DNA of 64,000 bases from Spirochaetota bacterium (GTDB taxonomy: Bacteria; Spirochaetota; UBA12135; COTS27; CBDBHE01), in NCBI GenBank assembly GCA_965205605.1, contig CBDBHE010000008.1:64001-128000 (forward strand). The letters run 5' to 3'. The position numbers and the translations under genes were made by a program. Under the pieces are notes generated by a model. It did no database searches, was not told the DNA's origin, and saw nothing but the letters and a program-made list of their open reading frames with translations. Below, piece by piece: positions 1-9,456 of the stretch (positions within the stretch are counted from its first letter, which is position 1; every line of letters starts with the position of its first letter).

Positions 1-1289
1 AAATGAGCATGTTGAAAATTAGAATCTGTAAACCCATTTCCTAAAAACATCATTAAACCCAATAAAAAACCTAATGGATAAGAGTTTTGACTTTTTTGGA
101 AAAATTTTAAATAAGTCCACCCCACTATAAACAACATTAAGTAATAAGTAAAAAATCCAATAAAGCCTATTTGAGCCCAAAGACCTATAAAATCATTATG
201 AGGAAGCTCAACTTTTAATTGATAAAAATTGTTAAAATAACCATCAAGAATCGGAAATTTTTTCATAGGTTGATAATTCTCTACCATATAGTCAATAAAT
301 GAACACATTCCAACTCCCGTCAAAGGGTATTCTTTTATCATTTGCAGCCCATGTTTTATCCAAAAAACTCGATCTAACGTTTGAGGATCTAACTTAGTTA
401 AATCTTTTGTTACAATACTAAAATATACTTTCTGAAGTCTTCCTTTAAAAATTGTTTTATCACTTGTAGAAATAAAAATAAAAAAAACAATACTTAATAA
501 AAAAAAACTTCCTAAAATTTTTTTCTTATGTTTTTTTAAAAAGAAAAAACTTATAAAAATAAGGAACAAAAACCAAATTATTAGAGTTCTTGCCCAAGTT
601 AAAATAAAAGTAATTAAAAACAGTAAAATTAAAACTAAAAACAAAAAATGTTTTTTGTTTTTAGAAGAAAAATAATTACCTCCTATTAAAGAAAAAAAAC
701 AAACAAAAATCATCTGAGATAAAAAAGAAGCTAAAGCAATAAAATGATGTATCGATCTTAATCGACTATCATGATAGTTAAAACCTAGAAAACGAAGTAA
801 TAATCCTTTCAGAAATAAAAAATCAATTAGCCCAATAAGACAATTAATCGCTAAGCCTAGTATCCCAACAAAAACTAGTTTTTTAAAAAAGAAAATCTTT
901 TTTTGAAAAAGAAAAAAATAACCTAAAACACCTACTAAAGGGAAAAAAAAACCTGTCCATAATTTCGACATTCTACTGAAATAAATATCTGGTCTTAAGT
1001 TTGTTTTTCGGTAAAAATAAGAAAACAATATCCAGCACATTAAAAAACAAACGACTAAAAAAAACTTATCGAAATATTTTACTAATTGAGTCCGTTTTTC
1101 TTTAAAAAACAAAGCAACAAACAAAACTAAAAGACACCCATAAGTCCCCAGTTCTTGTAAAGATCTGGAAAGAAAAATACCAAAAAATAAAGTATAACAA
1201 AAAAAACAGCCCAAATGATTTAATAAAGAATCTATTTGCCCTTTTTTTAAAAAAACAAACGGAAAAAAAAATAATCTTAATTTTGACAT
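1..1289 (-). CDS. O-antigen ligase/Wzy-like membrane protein (3' end runs off window)
   Basis: Not in the ORF track. ATG at 1289 (MSKLRLFFF...); many hydrophobic segments; periplasmic-loop pattern 'LDRVFWIKHGLQMIKEYPLTGVG...LPHNDFIGLWAQIGFIGF' with the conserved His-Asn, in frame with the ATG; adjacent to GT9 genes. Confidence 0.8.
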   Translation of the reverse strand, partial: MSKLRLFFFPFVFLKKGQIDSLLNHLGCFFCYTLFFGIFLSRSLQELGTYGCLLVLFVALFFKEKRTQLVKYFDKFFLVVCFLMCWILFSYFYRKTNLRPDIYFSRMSKLWTGFFFPLVGVLGYFFLFQKKIFFFKKLVFVGILGLAINCLIGLIDFLFLKGLLLRFLGFNYHDSRLRSIHHFIALASFLSQMIFVCFFSLIGGNYFSSKNKKHFLFLVLILLFLITFILTWARTLIIWFLFLIFISFFFLKKHKKKILGSFFLLSIVFFIFISTSDKTIFKGRLQKVYFSIVTKDLTKLDPQTLDRVFWIKHGLQMIKEYPLTGVGMCSFIDYMVENYQPMKKFPILDGYFNNFYQLKVELPHNDFIGLWAQIGFIGFFTYYLMLFIVGWTYLKFFQKSQNSYPLGFLLGLMMFLGNGFTDSNFQHAH

Positions 1290-1315
1290 CTTTTAAAAAA
1301 CAAACCTCTAATCAT

Positions 1316-2455
1316 TTACTTTAAAATAGTTTCAATAATTTTACGAACATTCTCTACTTTAATTTTTTCCATACATCCTCCCTGAGCACAAGCATACTCA
1401 AAGCCTAAAGACAAACAAGGCGAACACCAAAAAGAGCTTTTTAAATTATAAACATTTTTTTTTTTACTCAAAGCTCCCCACCTTGTAGTTGCCGTAGGTC
1501 CATTTAAAGCAATTGTGTTAATTCCTATTGTAGCACCTAAATGCATTATACCTGTATTAACAGTGATTAGTAATTTTGCTCGACTTAAAAGAAAGGCTGC
1601 CTCTTCCCATTTTAAAATCCCCACAAAAGAAATGATCTTATTTTCGTCTTCTTCTTCTTTTTCCAAAAGACTTTTGATAAACAAATTTGTTTTTTCTGCA
1701 TCATCTTTGCCTCCAGTAATACAAATAAAATAATTTTTTTGTATTAAAAAATCTTTGATTTCTTCCCAAAAAGAAACAGGCCACTGTTTAAAATGTGCTT
1801 TTTGTCCACTGGCAAATGGATTAAAAACAACTATTTTTTTATTAACAATTTGATTAGCATTTTTAAATTTTTTATAAGAATTTTGATTTAATTGAGGTAA
1901 GTATTTTTCTGTTTGTAGACCCATTAAATGAAGTAAGCTTCGATAATTGTCCATTTCATGCACCGTGTCTTTATGCACAATATAACGATCATAAACATAA
2001 TGACGAAACATATTTTTTCGTCTAAAACCTATTTTAAATTGAGCTCTAGAAAAAAAAGTTAAAACCGAATTAATTTTAGGCCAAGCAGCAAAATCAATTA
2101 ATAAATCATACCGCTCACTTCTTCTAATTTTCATAAGGGAAGAAAAAGGATGCGAAAAATCAAATACTAAAAATTGATCGATTCCTTTTAAAAGAGGAAA
2201 TATGCCTTGATTACTATTGGTGCCTAAAAAAGCAATTTGAGATTTAGGAAAATGATTTTTAAGCTCAAGAGCAATCGCTGAAAGCAAAATAGCATCCCCT
2301 ACTGCTCCTGTTTTAATAAAAAGAATTTTACTATTTTTTCTTAAAACAATCGATTTTTTTTTAATCCTAAAAAAACCTAAAAAAAAAACTAAAGGAATCG
2401 CAAAATAACGATCTACTAATTTAAGTAATCGATTTCCTCTTTCTTTTAACATCAA
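1316..2455 (-). CDS. Glycosyltransferase family 9 (heptosyltransferase-like)
   Basis: 'FIKTGAVGDAIL', 'KQWP', 'LITVNTGIMHLG...ALNGPT' and C-terminal 'CSPC...CM' GT9 motifs. Confidence 0.9.
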   Translation of the reverse strand: MMLKERGNRLLKLVDRYFAIPLVFFLGFFRIKKKSIVLRKNSKILFIKTGAVGDAILLSAIALELKNHFPKSQIAFLGTNSNQGIFPLLKGIDQFLVFDFSHPFSSLMKIRRSERYDLLIDFAAWPKINSVLTFFSRAQFKIGFRRKNMFRHYVYDRYIVHKDTVHEMDNYRSLLHLMGLQTEKYLPQLNQNSYKKFKNANQIVNKKIVVFNPFASGQKAHFKQWPVSFWEEIKDFLIQKNYFICITGGKDDAEKTNLFIKSLLEKEEEDENKIISFVGILKWEEAAFLLSRAKLLITVNTGIMHLGATIGINTIALNGPTATTRWGALSKKKNVYNLKSSFWCSPCLSLGFEYACAQGGCMEKIKVENVRKIIETILK

Positions 2456-2459
2456 TGGA

Positions 2460-3554
2460 TTAGCTAGCCTTCTTGTTTAAAATCAAATCACAAGTTTTGC
2501 TTACTTGCTTCACAGTAATACTTTGCATACAAATAGGATTTTTACATCCTTTAAATTTTCCTTGATAACACGGACTACAAGTTATTTTAGATTCTAAAAT
2601 TATACTGTTATGTGATAAAGGAGCTTTTTCTTTAGGATCAGTTGGTCCAAAAATAGAAATAATAGGGACATCCATACTTGCTGCAAGGTGCATCCCTCCT
2701 GTATCTCCTGTGAGAAATACATGAGCTTCTTTTAAAAAAAAGCTAAATTCTTTTAAAGAAAGTTTCGCACAAAGATTAATCATTTTTGCTTTAGAAGATT
2801 GTTTCAAAACAGAATTTTTAATTTCCTCACAAAGACTTTCATCAGCTTTTCCTCCAACAAGAAAAAAAATTTCCTTTTCATCAGAAGGCTTCTTTAATCG
2901 ATCACAAATAAAATCGATATACATTTCTTTTGGCCATCTTCTAACCGTGACTGATTCTCCTGGATTACTGCCTCCACCAGGATTAATAAAAATGTTCTTT
3001 TCTTTTTTTTTCAAAAAATAAGCTTTTTTAATTTGTTTCAAGGTTTTATTAAAAGAAGTCTGACCTGTAAAAAAATCTAATTTTTTACTCTCTTTTACAA
3101 AATTAGTAGAATCAACTAAACGTAAAAACTCTTTAATATGATGTTCTCTGTCTTGAAAAAAATCCTTTAAAAATAAAGGGATTTTTAAAAAAGAAACCCA
3201 TTTTATAAAAGAGATTTTTTTTCCCTTTATAAGAGAAAAAAACAAATAAAGTAATTTATTTCGATGAAAAAAATAAATACACTCATATTTATTTTGATAA
3301 AGTTTCCAAAAAAGCTTTGCTAAAAGGCTCAGCTTTCTTTCATAAAATAAAGCATCATCAACAACAATTATTTGATCAATTAAAGGATTGTTTTCTAAAA
3401 CTTGATGCGACCAATTACCAACCAAATAATGAATCGTGCTTTTAGGGTGTGTTTTTTTTATCAAACGAAGCGCTGGTGTTGTCATTAAAACATCACCAAT
3501 AGCTCCTAGCTTAATAATAAGAATTTTCGCCTTTTTAGTAGGCATTTTTATCAA
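2460..3554 (-). CDS. Glycosyltransferase family 9 (WaaF/WaaQ-like heptosyltransferase)
   Basis: 'IIKLGAIGDVLMTTP', 'RRWP', 'GDTGGMHLAAS...SIFGPT', 'CSPC'. Confidence 0.9.
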   Translation of the reverse strand: MIKMPTKKAKILIIKLGAIGDVLMTTPALRLIKKTHPKSTIHYLVGNWSHQVLENNPLIDQIIVVDDALFYERKLSLLAKLFWKLYQNKYECIYFFHRNKLLYLFFSLIKGKKISFIKWVSFLKIPLFLKDFFQDREHHIKEFLRLVDSTNFVKESKKLDFFTGQTSFNKTLKQIKKAYFLKKKEKNIFINPGGGSNPGESVTVRRWPKEMYIDFICDRLKKPSDEKEIFFLVGGKADESLCEEIKNSVLKQSSKAKMINLCAKLSLKEFSFFLKEAHVFLTGDTGGMHLAASMDVPIISIFGPTDPKEKAPLSHNSIILESKITCSPCYQGKFKGCKNPICMQSITVKQVSKTCDLILNKKAS

Positions 3555-4938
3555 AAAAAACTTTGTAAGCTGTATTTAAAATAATTTTTATATCAAAAAG
3601 CAAAGTCCAGTTATCAATATAGTAAACATCAAACTCAATTCTTTTTTCAATTGATGTGTTTCCGCGCAATCCATTAATTTGAGCCCACCCTGTAATCCCT
3701 GACTTCATTTTATGTCTTAACATGTACCTAGGAACTACAAGTTTGAACTGTTCAATAAAATAAGGCCTCTCGGGTCTAGGGCCAACAACAGACATTTGAC
3801 CAAGTAAAACATTAAAAAATTGCGGAATTTCATCTAAAGAAGTTTTTCTTAAAAATTTCCCTAATTTTGTTGCTCGTTTTTCCCCTATTTTAGACCAAAT
3901 AGGCCCTGTTTTTGTTTCAAAATTTACTGGCATCGTACGAAATTTAATAATCTTAAATACTTTATTATCAAGCCCTGCTCTTTTTTGTAAATAAAAAATA
4001 GAGCCTCTAGAATCAAATTTAATTAAAATAGCAATTAAAATAAACAAAGGAGAAAAAGAAATTAAAAACAAAATAGAAAAAATAATATCAAAAGTTCTTT
4101 TTGAAAATTGATCCCACCCATACATAGGACTATCGACTAAACTAATAACCGGCACTCCTCCAATATTACTGATATCACTATTAAGCAACATATCATACTG
4201 ATAAATATCAGGAACAAACATCACTGAAACCGAACATCGCTTCAACGTATTTAAAATACTTGTAAGTCGACTATAGTAACCCCAATCAAGACTAATAAAA
4301 ACATGATTAATTTGATACTTTTTTAAAACTTCTTCTAAGCGATTAATAGAACCAATTAATTGAAAATTTTTATTTATTTTCTTTGAAGGATTATCTAAAA
4401 AACCAACCACTCGGTACCCAAACCAAAACTCTTCTTTTAGCTTTTGACTAATTTTCATTCCAACAGCACCTGCTCCAATAATTAAAACATTTTTAGTATT
4501 AATTCCTTTTTTTCTTAAATAACGTAGTAATCGCCTAAAAAAAAAACGAGAAGAAGTTAAAAGAATAACACTAATCATCCAAAAATAAACAATAATAATT
4601 CTTGAATACCCAGGTCCTTTTTTCATTAAAAAAATAAAAATAATAAACAAACTTAAAGCAATACTCACCCCTTTAAAAACTTTAGGAGCTTCAAAAATAA
4701 CCCAAGCCCCTCTTTTGATTTTATACAAATCAAAAAGCATAAACACACTAATACAAACAGGAATAAAAATATACATCATTTGAAAATAAATTTCTTTAGA
4801 GGGAAACCCATAAATTAAAGGAAGCCAATTTTTAGTTTGAATTCTAAGTTGATAAGATAAATAAATACTAGAAAGTAAAAGAAAAGAATCAACTAAAATA
4901 AGTAAAAAAGTATAAGGGTGAAAATATTTTTTAAACAA
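3535..4938 (-). CDS. Undecaprenyl-phosphate glucose phosphotransferase (WcaJ-like priming GT)
   Basis: N-terminal TMs, 'VLIIGAG' domain, C-terminal 'KRTFDI', 'KFRTM', 'SLDEIPQFFNVLLGQMSVVGPRPER', 'GITGWAQING'. Confidence 0.92.
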   Translation of the reverse strand: MFKKYFHPYTFLLILVDSFLLLSSIYLSYQLRIQTKNWLPLIYGFPSKEIYFQMMYIFIPVCISVFMLFDLYKIKRGAWVIFEAPKVFKGVSIALSLFIIFIFLMKKGPGYSRIIIVYFWMISVILLTSSRFFFRRLLRYLRKKGINTKNVLIIGAGAVGMKISQKLKEEFWFGYRVVGFLDNPSKKINKNFQLIGSINRLEEVLKKYQINHVFISLDWGYYSRLTSILNTLKRCSVSVMFVPDIYQYDMLLNSDISNIGGVPVISLVDSPMYGWDQFSKRTFDIIFSILFLISFSPLFILIAILIKFDSRGSIFYLQKRAGLDNKVFKIIKFRTMPVNFETKTGPIWSKIGEKRATKLGKFLRKTSLDEIPQFFNVLLGQMSVVGPRPERPYFIEQFKLVVPRYMLRHKMKSGITGWAQINGLRGNTSIEKRIEFDVYYIDNWTLLFDIKIILNTAYKVFFDKNAY

Positions 4939-5107
4939 AAAAGCCTCTAAAAGTTTCTTTTAACGTCTATTTTATAATGAAATAAATGATTTTTTGGCTT
5001 AGATTAAGTAAAATGAAAAATTATAAGATATTAGTTTTTTTTTCAAAATAGTTTTTTATTAATTTTTTAATGTTAGAATGACAAAATAAAATTTATAGGA
5101 TTAGTCA

Positions 5108-5446
5108 ATGGAAGCAAGTTCTATTAGTAAAAATACAATTGTAGAAGGACGAATTGAAACAACCGATCTTTTAAAAATTGATGGCACCTTTAAAGGTGAA
5201 AACATTAAAACAAATAAAATTATCGCAGGCAAAGACGCTATTATTGAAGCAAATATTCAAGTTGAAAACATCTCAATTGCAGGAAAAATAATTGGGAATA
5301 TTGTAGCAAGTAAAAGTGTTGATATTAGTCAAATAGGTAGTGTGGTTGGAAACATTACATCTCCTATCTTAAACATGGCACCTGGATGTAAATTCAAAGG
5401 AAATTGTACTATTACAGTAGATGAAAACAAATCAAATGACGATTAA
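5108..5446 (+). CDS. Bactofilin (polymer-forming cytoskeletal protein)
   Basis: 112 aa beta-helical pattern 'SISKNTIVEGRI...LKIDGTFKG...G.IIGNI.A...V.I...G.VVGNI...G.C'. Confidence 0.88.
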   Translation: MEASSISKNTIVEGRIETTDLLKIDGTFKGENIKTNKIIAGKDAIIEANIQVENISIAGKIIGNIVASKSVDISQIGSVVGNITSPILNMAPGCKFKGNCTITVDENKSNDD

Positions 5447-5467
5447 ATAAAAAATAATTTTATTTAA

Positions 5468-6336
5468 TTAAAGACGGCAATTCTTAATATTTAACTCTAA
5501 AATTCCTGTTGCTCCTATTGTTTCTAACAAATCAATCATCTCAAATACTTTATCTTTAAGAACTAAAGCTCGAATAGAAAGTAAGTCTTCATCATCTAAA
5601 GGCAAAACAGTTGGTGAGTTATAACCAGGTGTAATTTTCTCAACTATTTTTAATTTTTCTTTAGGAATATTATACTCCAACATGCTATAAGAACGAGCAA
5701 TTAAAATCCCTTCCAATTTTTTTTAAAATGCAAAATTTCTTTTTTATTTGCCATTTCTTTTGTCGTAAATAAACTACATTCATAACTCTCCAAAGGTTCA
5801 ATAACTTTAAGATGATTGCTTTTTAAACTATCACCTGTTTCAACTAAATCAACAATGAAATCACAAACCCCAAGAGCAATCATAATTTCAACACTTCCAC
5901 TCATAGGAATAATAGAAACTTTTATTTTTTTTTCTTTAAAATAATTGGCTGTTAAATTTGGAAAAGAAGTTGCAACTATTTTTCCAGATAATTGAGAAAT
6001 CTCTCGGTAAATAAAGTCTTTTTTAGTGATAATAGCTAGTTTACAGATTCCATAATTAAGTTTTAAGAGATTTTGTAATACTCCCACTTTATATTCAACT
6101 ACAAGGTCTTCGCCTGTAATACCAAGGTCAATGGCCTCTTTGCTAATTAAAGTAGGAATATCAGCAGCTCTTACAAAGATAAACTCAATTTCTGCATTCA
6201 AACAAGTCGCATACAAGGCCTTATTTCGCAATCGAAAAATATACCCCGCTTCTTTTAAAATAAAAACACTGGGCTCAAAAAGTCTTCCTTTTTTAGGAAT
6301 TCCAATTTTTAATTTTGAAGGATCCAAAAAACTCAT
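5468..6336 (-). CDS. hisG: ATP phosphoribosyltransferase, long form, split by a one-base frameshift in an A8 run (5717-5724)
   Basis: 5701..6336 has 'IPKKGRL', 'DLGITG', 'GSVE', 'DLVETG'; 5468..5716 is the C-terminal regulatory domain ('ITPGYNSPTV', 'GATGIL'). One extra A gives HFKKKLEGILIARSY and joins them. Confidence 0.92.
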
Positions 6337-6341
6337 TGAAA

Positions 6342-6671
6342 TTATTTACGCCTTTGTTTTTCTTCTAAACCACTAGTACCAAATCGTTTTGAAAACTCCA
6401 AAAGTAAATCATCAAAGCAAATCTCAAAATAAGAAGCAAGAACAAAAACATGAAATAAAAGATCCACAATCTCATAAATCATTTTATCTTTTTGATAGTT
6501 TTTTTCTTTCATAGATTCTTGGCAAAGTTCAATAGTTTCTTCGATGATTTTTTTATTCATTTCTTTAGTCCCTTTTTTCATAAGGAAAGCAACATATGAT
6601 TGATCACTGGCCGTTTCTTTTCTTTTTTCAAGAACATCAAAAAGTTTAAATAAAATAGAAGGATCTGACAT
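6342..6671 (-). CDS. hisE: Phosphoribosyl-ATP pyrophosphatase
   Basis: 'SYV..LM.KG...KKIIEE..E', 'YEIVDLLFHVFV', 'RFGTSGLEEK'; directly upstream of hisG. Confidence 0.88.
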   Translation of the reverse strand: MSDPSILFKLFDVLEKRKETASDQSYVAFLMKKGTKEMNKKIIEETIELCQESMKEKNYQKDKMIYEIVDLLFHVFVLASYFEICFDDLLLEFSKRFGTSGLEEKQRRK

Positions 6672-6736
6672 GAATTTAAAACAAAGTCTAAAAAGTTTTG
6701 TATTATACTCTTATTTACTTTTATTTAATTAAAAAC

Positions 6737-8938
6737 CTAAACCTTAAGAATAGATAAAAGTTCTTCTTTACTAGAAGCTTCAAGAAGCTTGTTTCGATAA
6801 GACTGATTCATTAAAAAGTTGGCAACTCTTGATAAAATAGCTAAATGCTTTTGAATATCATTAGAGGGGATTAAATTGAAAAAAATAAGTTTCACCGGTT
6901 TTTCATGACTTTTTTCAAATTTAATAGGAGTCGATAATTTAACAACACACAAAATAGAAGCTTTGATTTCTTTTAAAAACAAATGAGGGAATAAAATTTC
7001 TTCATCTAAACTAGTAAACTCTTGCTTATTTTTAGATAAAAATTCATTTAAAACAAAGTCTTTTGATATAGCAGGGTATTTACTAACAATCTTTTTAAGT
7101 AGAAAATTTAAAACTCCCTTATAATCTTTAATTGAAGAATAAAAAACAAATTTATCTTTTTTAATTAAATCCATAATAGATTCTTTTTTTCTAGAAAGGT
7201 ATAAAGAAACAACAGGTTGTTTTTTTTCAATTAATGAATTTCTTTCATCTTTATTAAAAATCACTTTTCTATCAACAATGCCCAATAAAAAAAATTTATC
7301 TCTAATGTTTTTTTTATTATTATTTACAACATGAAGATTCGTATTTAAATTTTGAATTTCATCGGAAATAACAGAAAGTTTTGGAAAATTAGTCCAAATA
7401 GATTTACCAATCCTTTCTAAAAAAGTATCTTGATTGCCTCCAAAACTAACCCAACAATAAACATTTTTTCTTCCAACCATTTTTGACCATTGTTGACATA
7501 AAAGGGTGTTTAGTTCTTCATTATCTGTAAGAGCTAAAACAATTCCTACTTCTGAAAAACGCTCATCTTCTAATAAATTAGGGTCCATCGAATCTTCTAA
7601 AAAAACCGTATAGCCTTTTTTTCTAGCCGCATCAACTTTGCTTTTATTTCTATCAAGAAAAATAATTTCTTTTTTACCTTTACTAATTAAAAAATCAGCA
7701 ATATTTTCTGAAAAAAGATGAATCCCTATCACCAAACAACTATTTAATTGGCTTCTTTTTACCTTAAGTACTTTGGCCACTAATCCCGCTGTAAATCCTT
7801 GAACGATAACGGTTGTTGTGATCACCATAAAAGTAAAAGTTTCAAGAAACCAAGTGCCTTCAACCCCTTGATCCTTTAAACTAACACTAAAAAGTGTTGC
7901 TATAGATGCTGCAATGACTCCTCTAGGAGCAATCCAAGAAATAAAAAGTTTATCTCTTAAACTTAAACCACTTTTAAAAGTTGATAAAAAAACAGAAAGA
8001 GGCCTAGCAACTAAAATTACAAATAAAATAAGCCATATTCCCCTAAAACCAAATAACTTGAAATTAAGAATATTAATTTTTGAAGACAGTAAAATAAACA
8101 CAATAGCGATAAAAATCTGAGTTAATTCTAATTTGAATTTCCTTAGATTTTCCATTGGAATCGGTTTTTTAATCCCAATAATTAATCCTGCTACAACAAC
8201 AGCAAGTAAACCTGATTCTTTAACAATAAAGTCACAAACCCCAAAAGTCGTTAAAGCAATGCCTAAAACAAAAATATTCGTCAAATCTCGTGGAATAATA
8301 TTTCGTTTTAAAAGAAAGTAAGATAAAAACCCAAAAACACAACCCAAAATAATGCCTGTAAGAAATTGTAAAAAAAACTGAGAAATAGCAACAAAAGCAA
8401 ACTCTTTTCCCACAATCTCAAAACATAAAATAGCAATGAAAACTCCAATAGGGTCATTTAAAACTCCTTCCCAATGTAAAATTTGATTGATATCTTTTTT
8501 AGGTTTCACTCTACGTAAAAGAGGAAGGATAACAGTAGGCCCTGTTACAATAACCAAACTACCTGCCAAAAGAGAAAAAGAAATCGAATAAGAAAAAATA
8601 AAATAGATAAATAACGAAATCGATAACCACGTCGTTAAAATACCAACACTAAGCAACCTTCTAATCACCTTGTTTAAATTTCTATAGTTAGAATAATCTA
8701 AGGTTAAACCTCCTTCAAAAAGAATAATCGCAACAGAAATAGAAATAAAGACTCTTAAAAAAGGACCAAAAACATCAACATCAATAACCCCCAGTCCTTC
8801 TTCCCCAAATAATACCCCTACTATAATTAGTAGTGGTATCGATGGAATACGTAGTTTCCTAGAGAAAACTAGTGTAAATACTCCTAAAGAAACACAAAAA
8901 ACAATCGTCTTTAAAATTAATTCATAAGAATGTATCAT
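6737..8938 (-). CDS. CPA1-family cation/H+ antiporter with TrkA-N (RCK) and C-terminal PTS EIIA-like domains
   Basis: 'ILFEGGL', 'VTGPTVI', 'WEGVLNDPIG', 'WIAPRGVIAAS'; RCK-like 'VLALTDNEELN'; EIIA-like 'ILFPH...PVKLIF...HLAILSRVA'. Confidence 0.88.
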   Translation of the reverse strand: MIHSYELILKTIVFCVSLGVFTLVFSRKLRIPSIPLLIIVGVLFGEEGLGVIDVDVFGPFLRVFISISVAIILFEGGLTLDYSNYRNLNKVIRRLLSVGILTTWLSISLFIYFIFSYSISFSLLAGSLVIVTGPTVILPLLRRVKPKKDINQILHWEGVLNDPIGVFIAILCFEIVGKEFAFVAISQFFLQFLTGIILGCVFGFLSYFLLKRNIIPRDLTNIFVLGIALTTFGVCDFIVKESGLLAVVVAGLIIGIKKPIPMENLRKFKLELTQIFIAIVFILLSSKINILNFKLFGFRGIWLILFVILVARPLSVFLSTFKSGLSLRDKLFISWIAPRGVIAASIATLFSVSLKDQGVEGTWFLETFTFMVITTTVIVQGFTAGLVAKVLKVKRSQLNSCLVIGIHLFSENIADFLISKGKKEIIFLDRNKSKVDAARKKGYTVFLEDSMDPNLLEDERFSEVGIVLALTDNEELNTLLCQQWSKMVGRKNVYCWVSFGGNQDTFLERIGKSIWTNFPKLSVISDEIQNLNTNLHVVNNNKKNIRDKFFLLGIVDRKVIFNKDERNSLIEKKQPVVSLYLSRKKESIMDLIKKDKFVFYSSIKDYKGVLNFLLKKIVSKYPAISKDFVLNEFLSKNKQEFTSLDEEILFPHLFLKEIKASILCVVKLSTPIKFEKSHEKPVKLIFFNLIPSNDIQKHLAILSRVANFLMNQSYRNKLLEASSKEELLSILKV

Positions 8939-8994
8939 AATAAAAAAATCACTTATATTAACAAATTAAATCAAAATCATCTTACTATAAGGTA

Positions 8995-9342
8995 GTGTTT
9001 AAAAAAAATCACTTGAATCCACTCACTCCCTTTCAAAAAAAACTTTTTACGCTTATAAAAAAAATCCCTAAAGGCAAAGTAAGCACTTATAAACAAGTTG
9101 CCAAAAAACTTGATTCCTCTCCTCGAGCAGTTGGTCAAGCTTTAAAAAAAAATCCTTTTGCTCCTTTAATCCCTTGTCATCGAGTGATTAAAAGTGATTT
9201 TTCTATAGGTGGCTACGAAGGAAGCTTACAAAACAATCAAGTACAGCAAAAATTAAACCTTTTAAAAAAAGAAAAAGTACTGTTTCAGTTTAAAGTCTTA
9301 AAAGATAAATCAAAAGTATATTATTTTAATAAAAAAAAATAA
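8995..9342 (+). CDS. Methylated-DNA-protein-cysteine methyltransferase (MGMT/Ogt, single C-terminal domain)
   Basis: 'IPKGKVSTY', 'RAVG', active-site 'IPCHRV'. Confidence 0.9.
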   Translation: MFKKNHLNPLTPFQKKLFTLIKKIPKGKVSTYKQVAKKLDSSPRAVGQALKKNPFAPLIPCHRVIKSDFSIGGYEGSLQNNQVQQKLNLLKKEKVLFQFKVLKDKSKVYYFNKKK

Positions 9343-9456
9343 TTTAAAAAAAATTAAATTTTTTCTACAGATAAGAATTACTTTAGAGATACAACTAATT
9401 AACCGATTTATATAATATCAATTATTTCTACAAAATAATGTTTATAAAGAAACATT

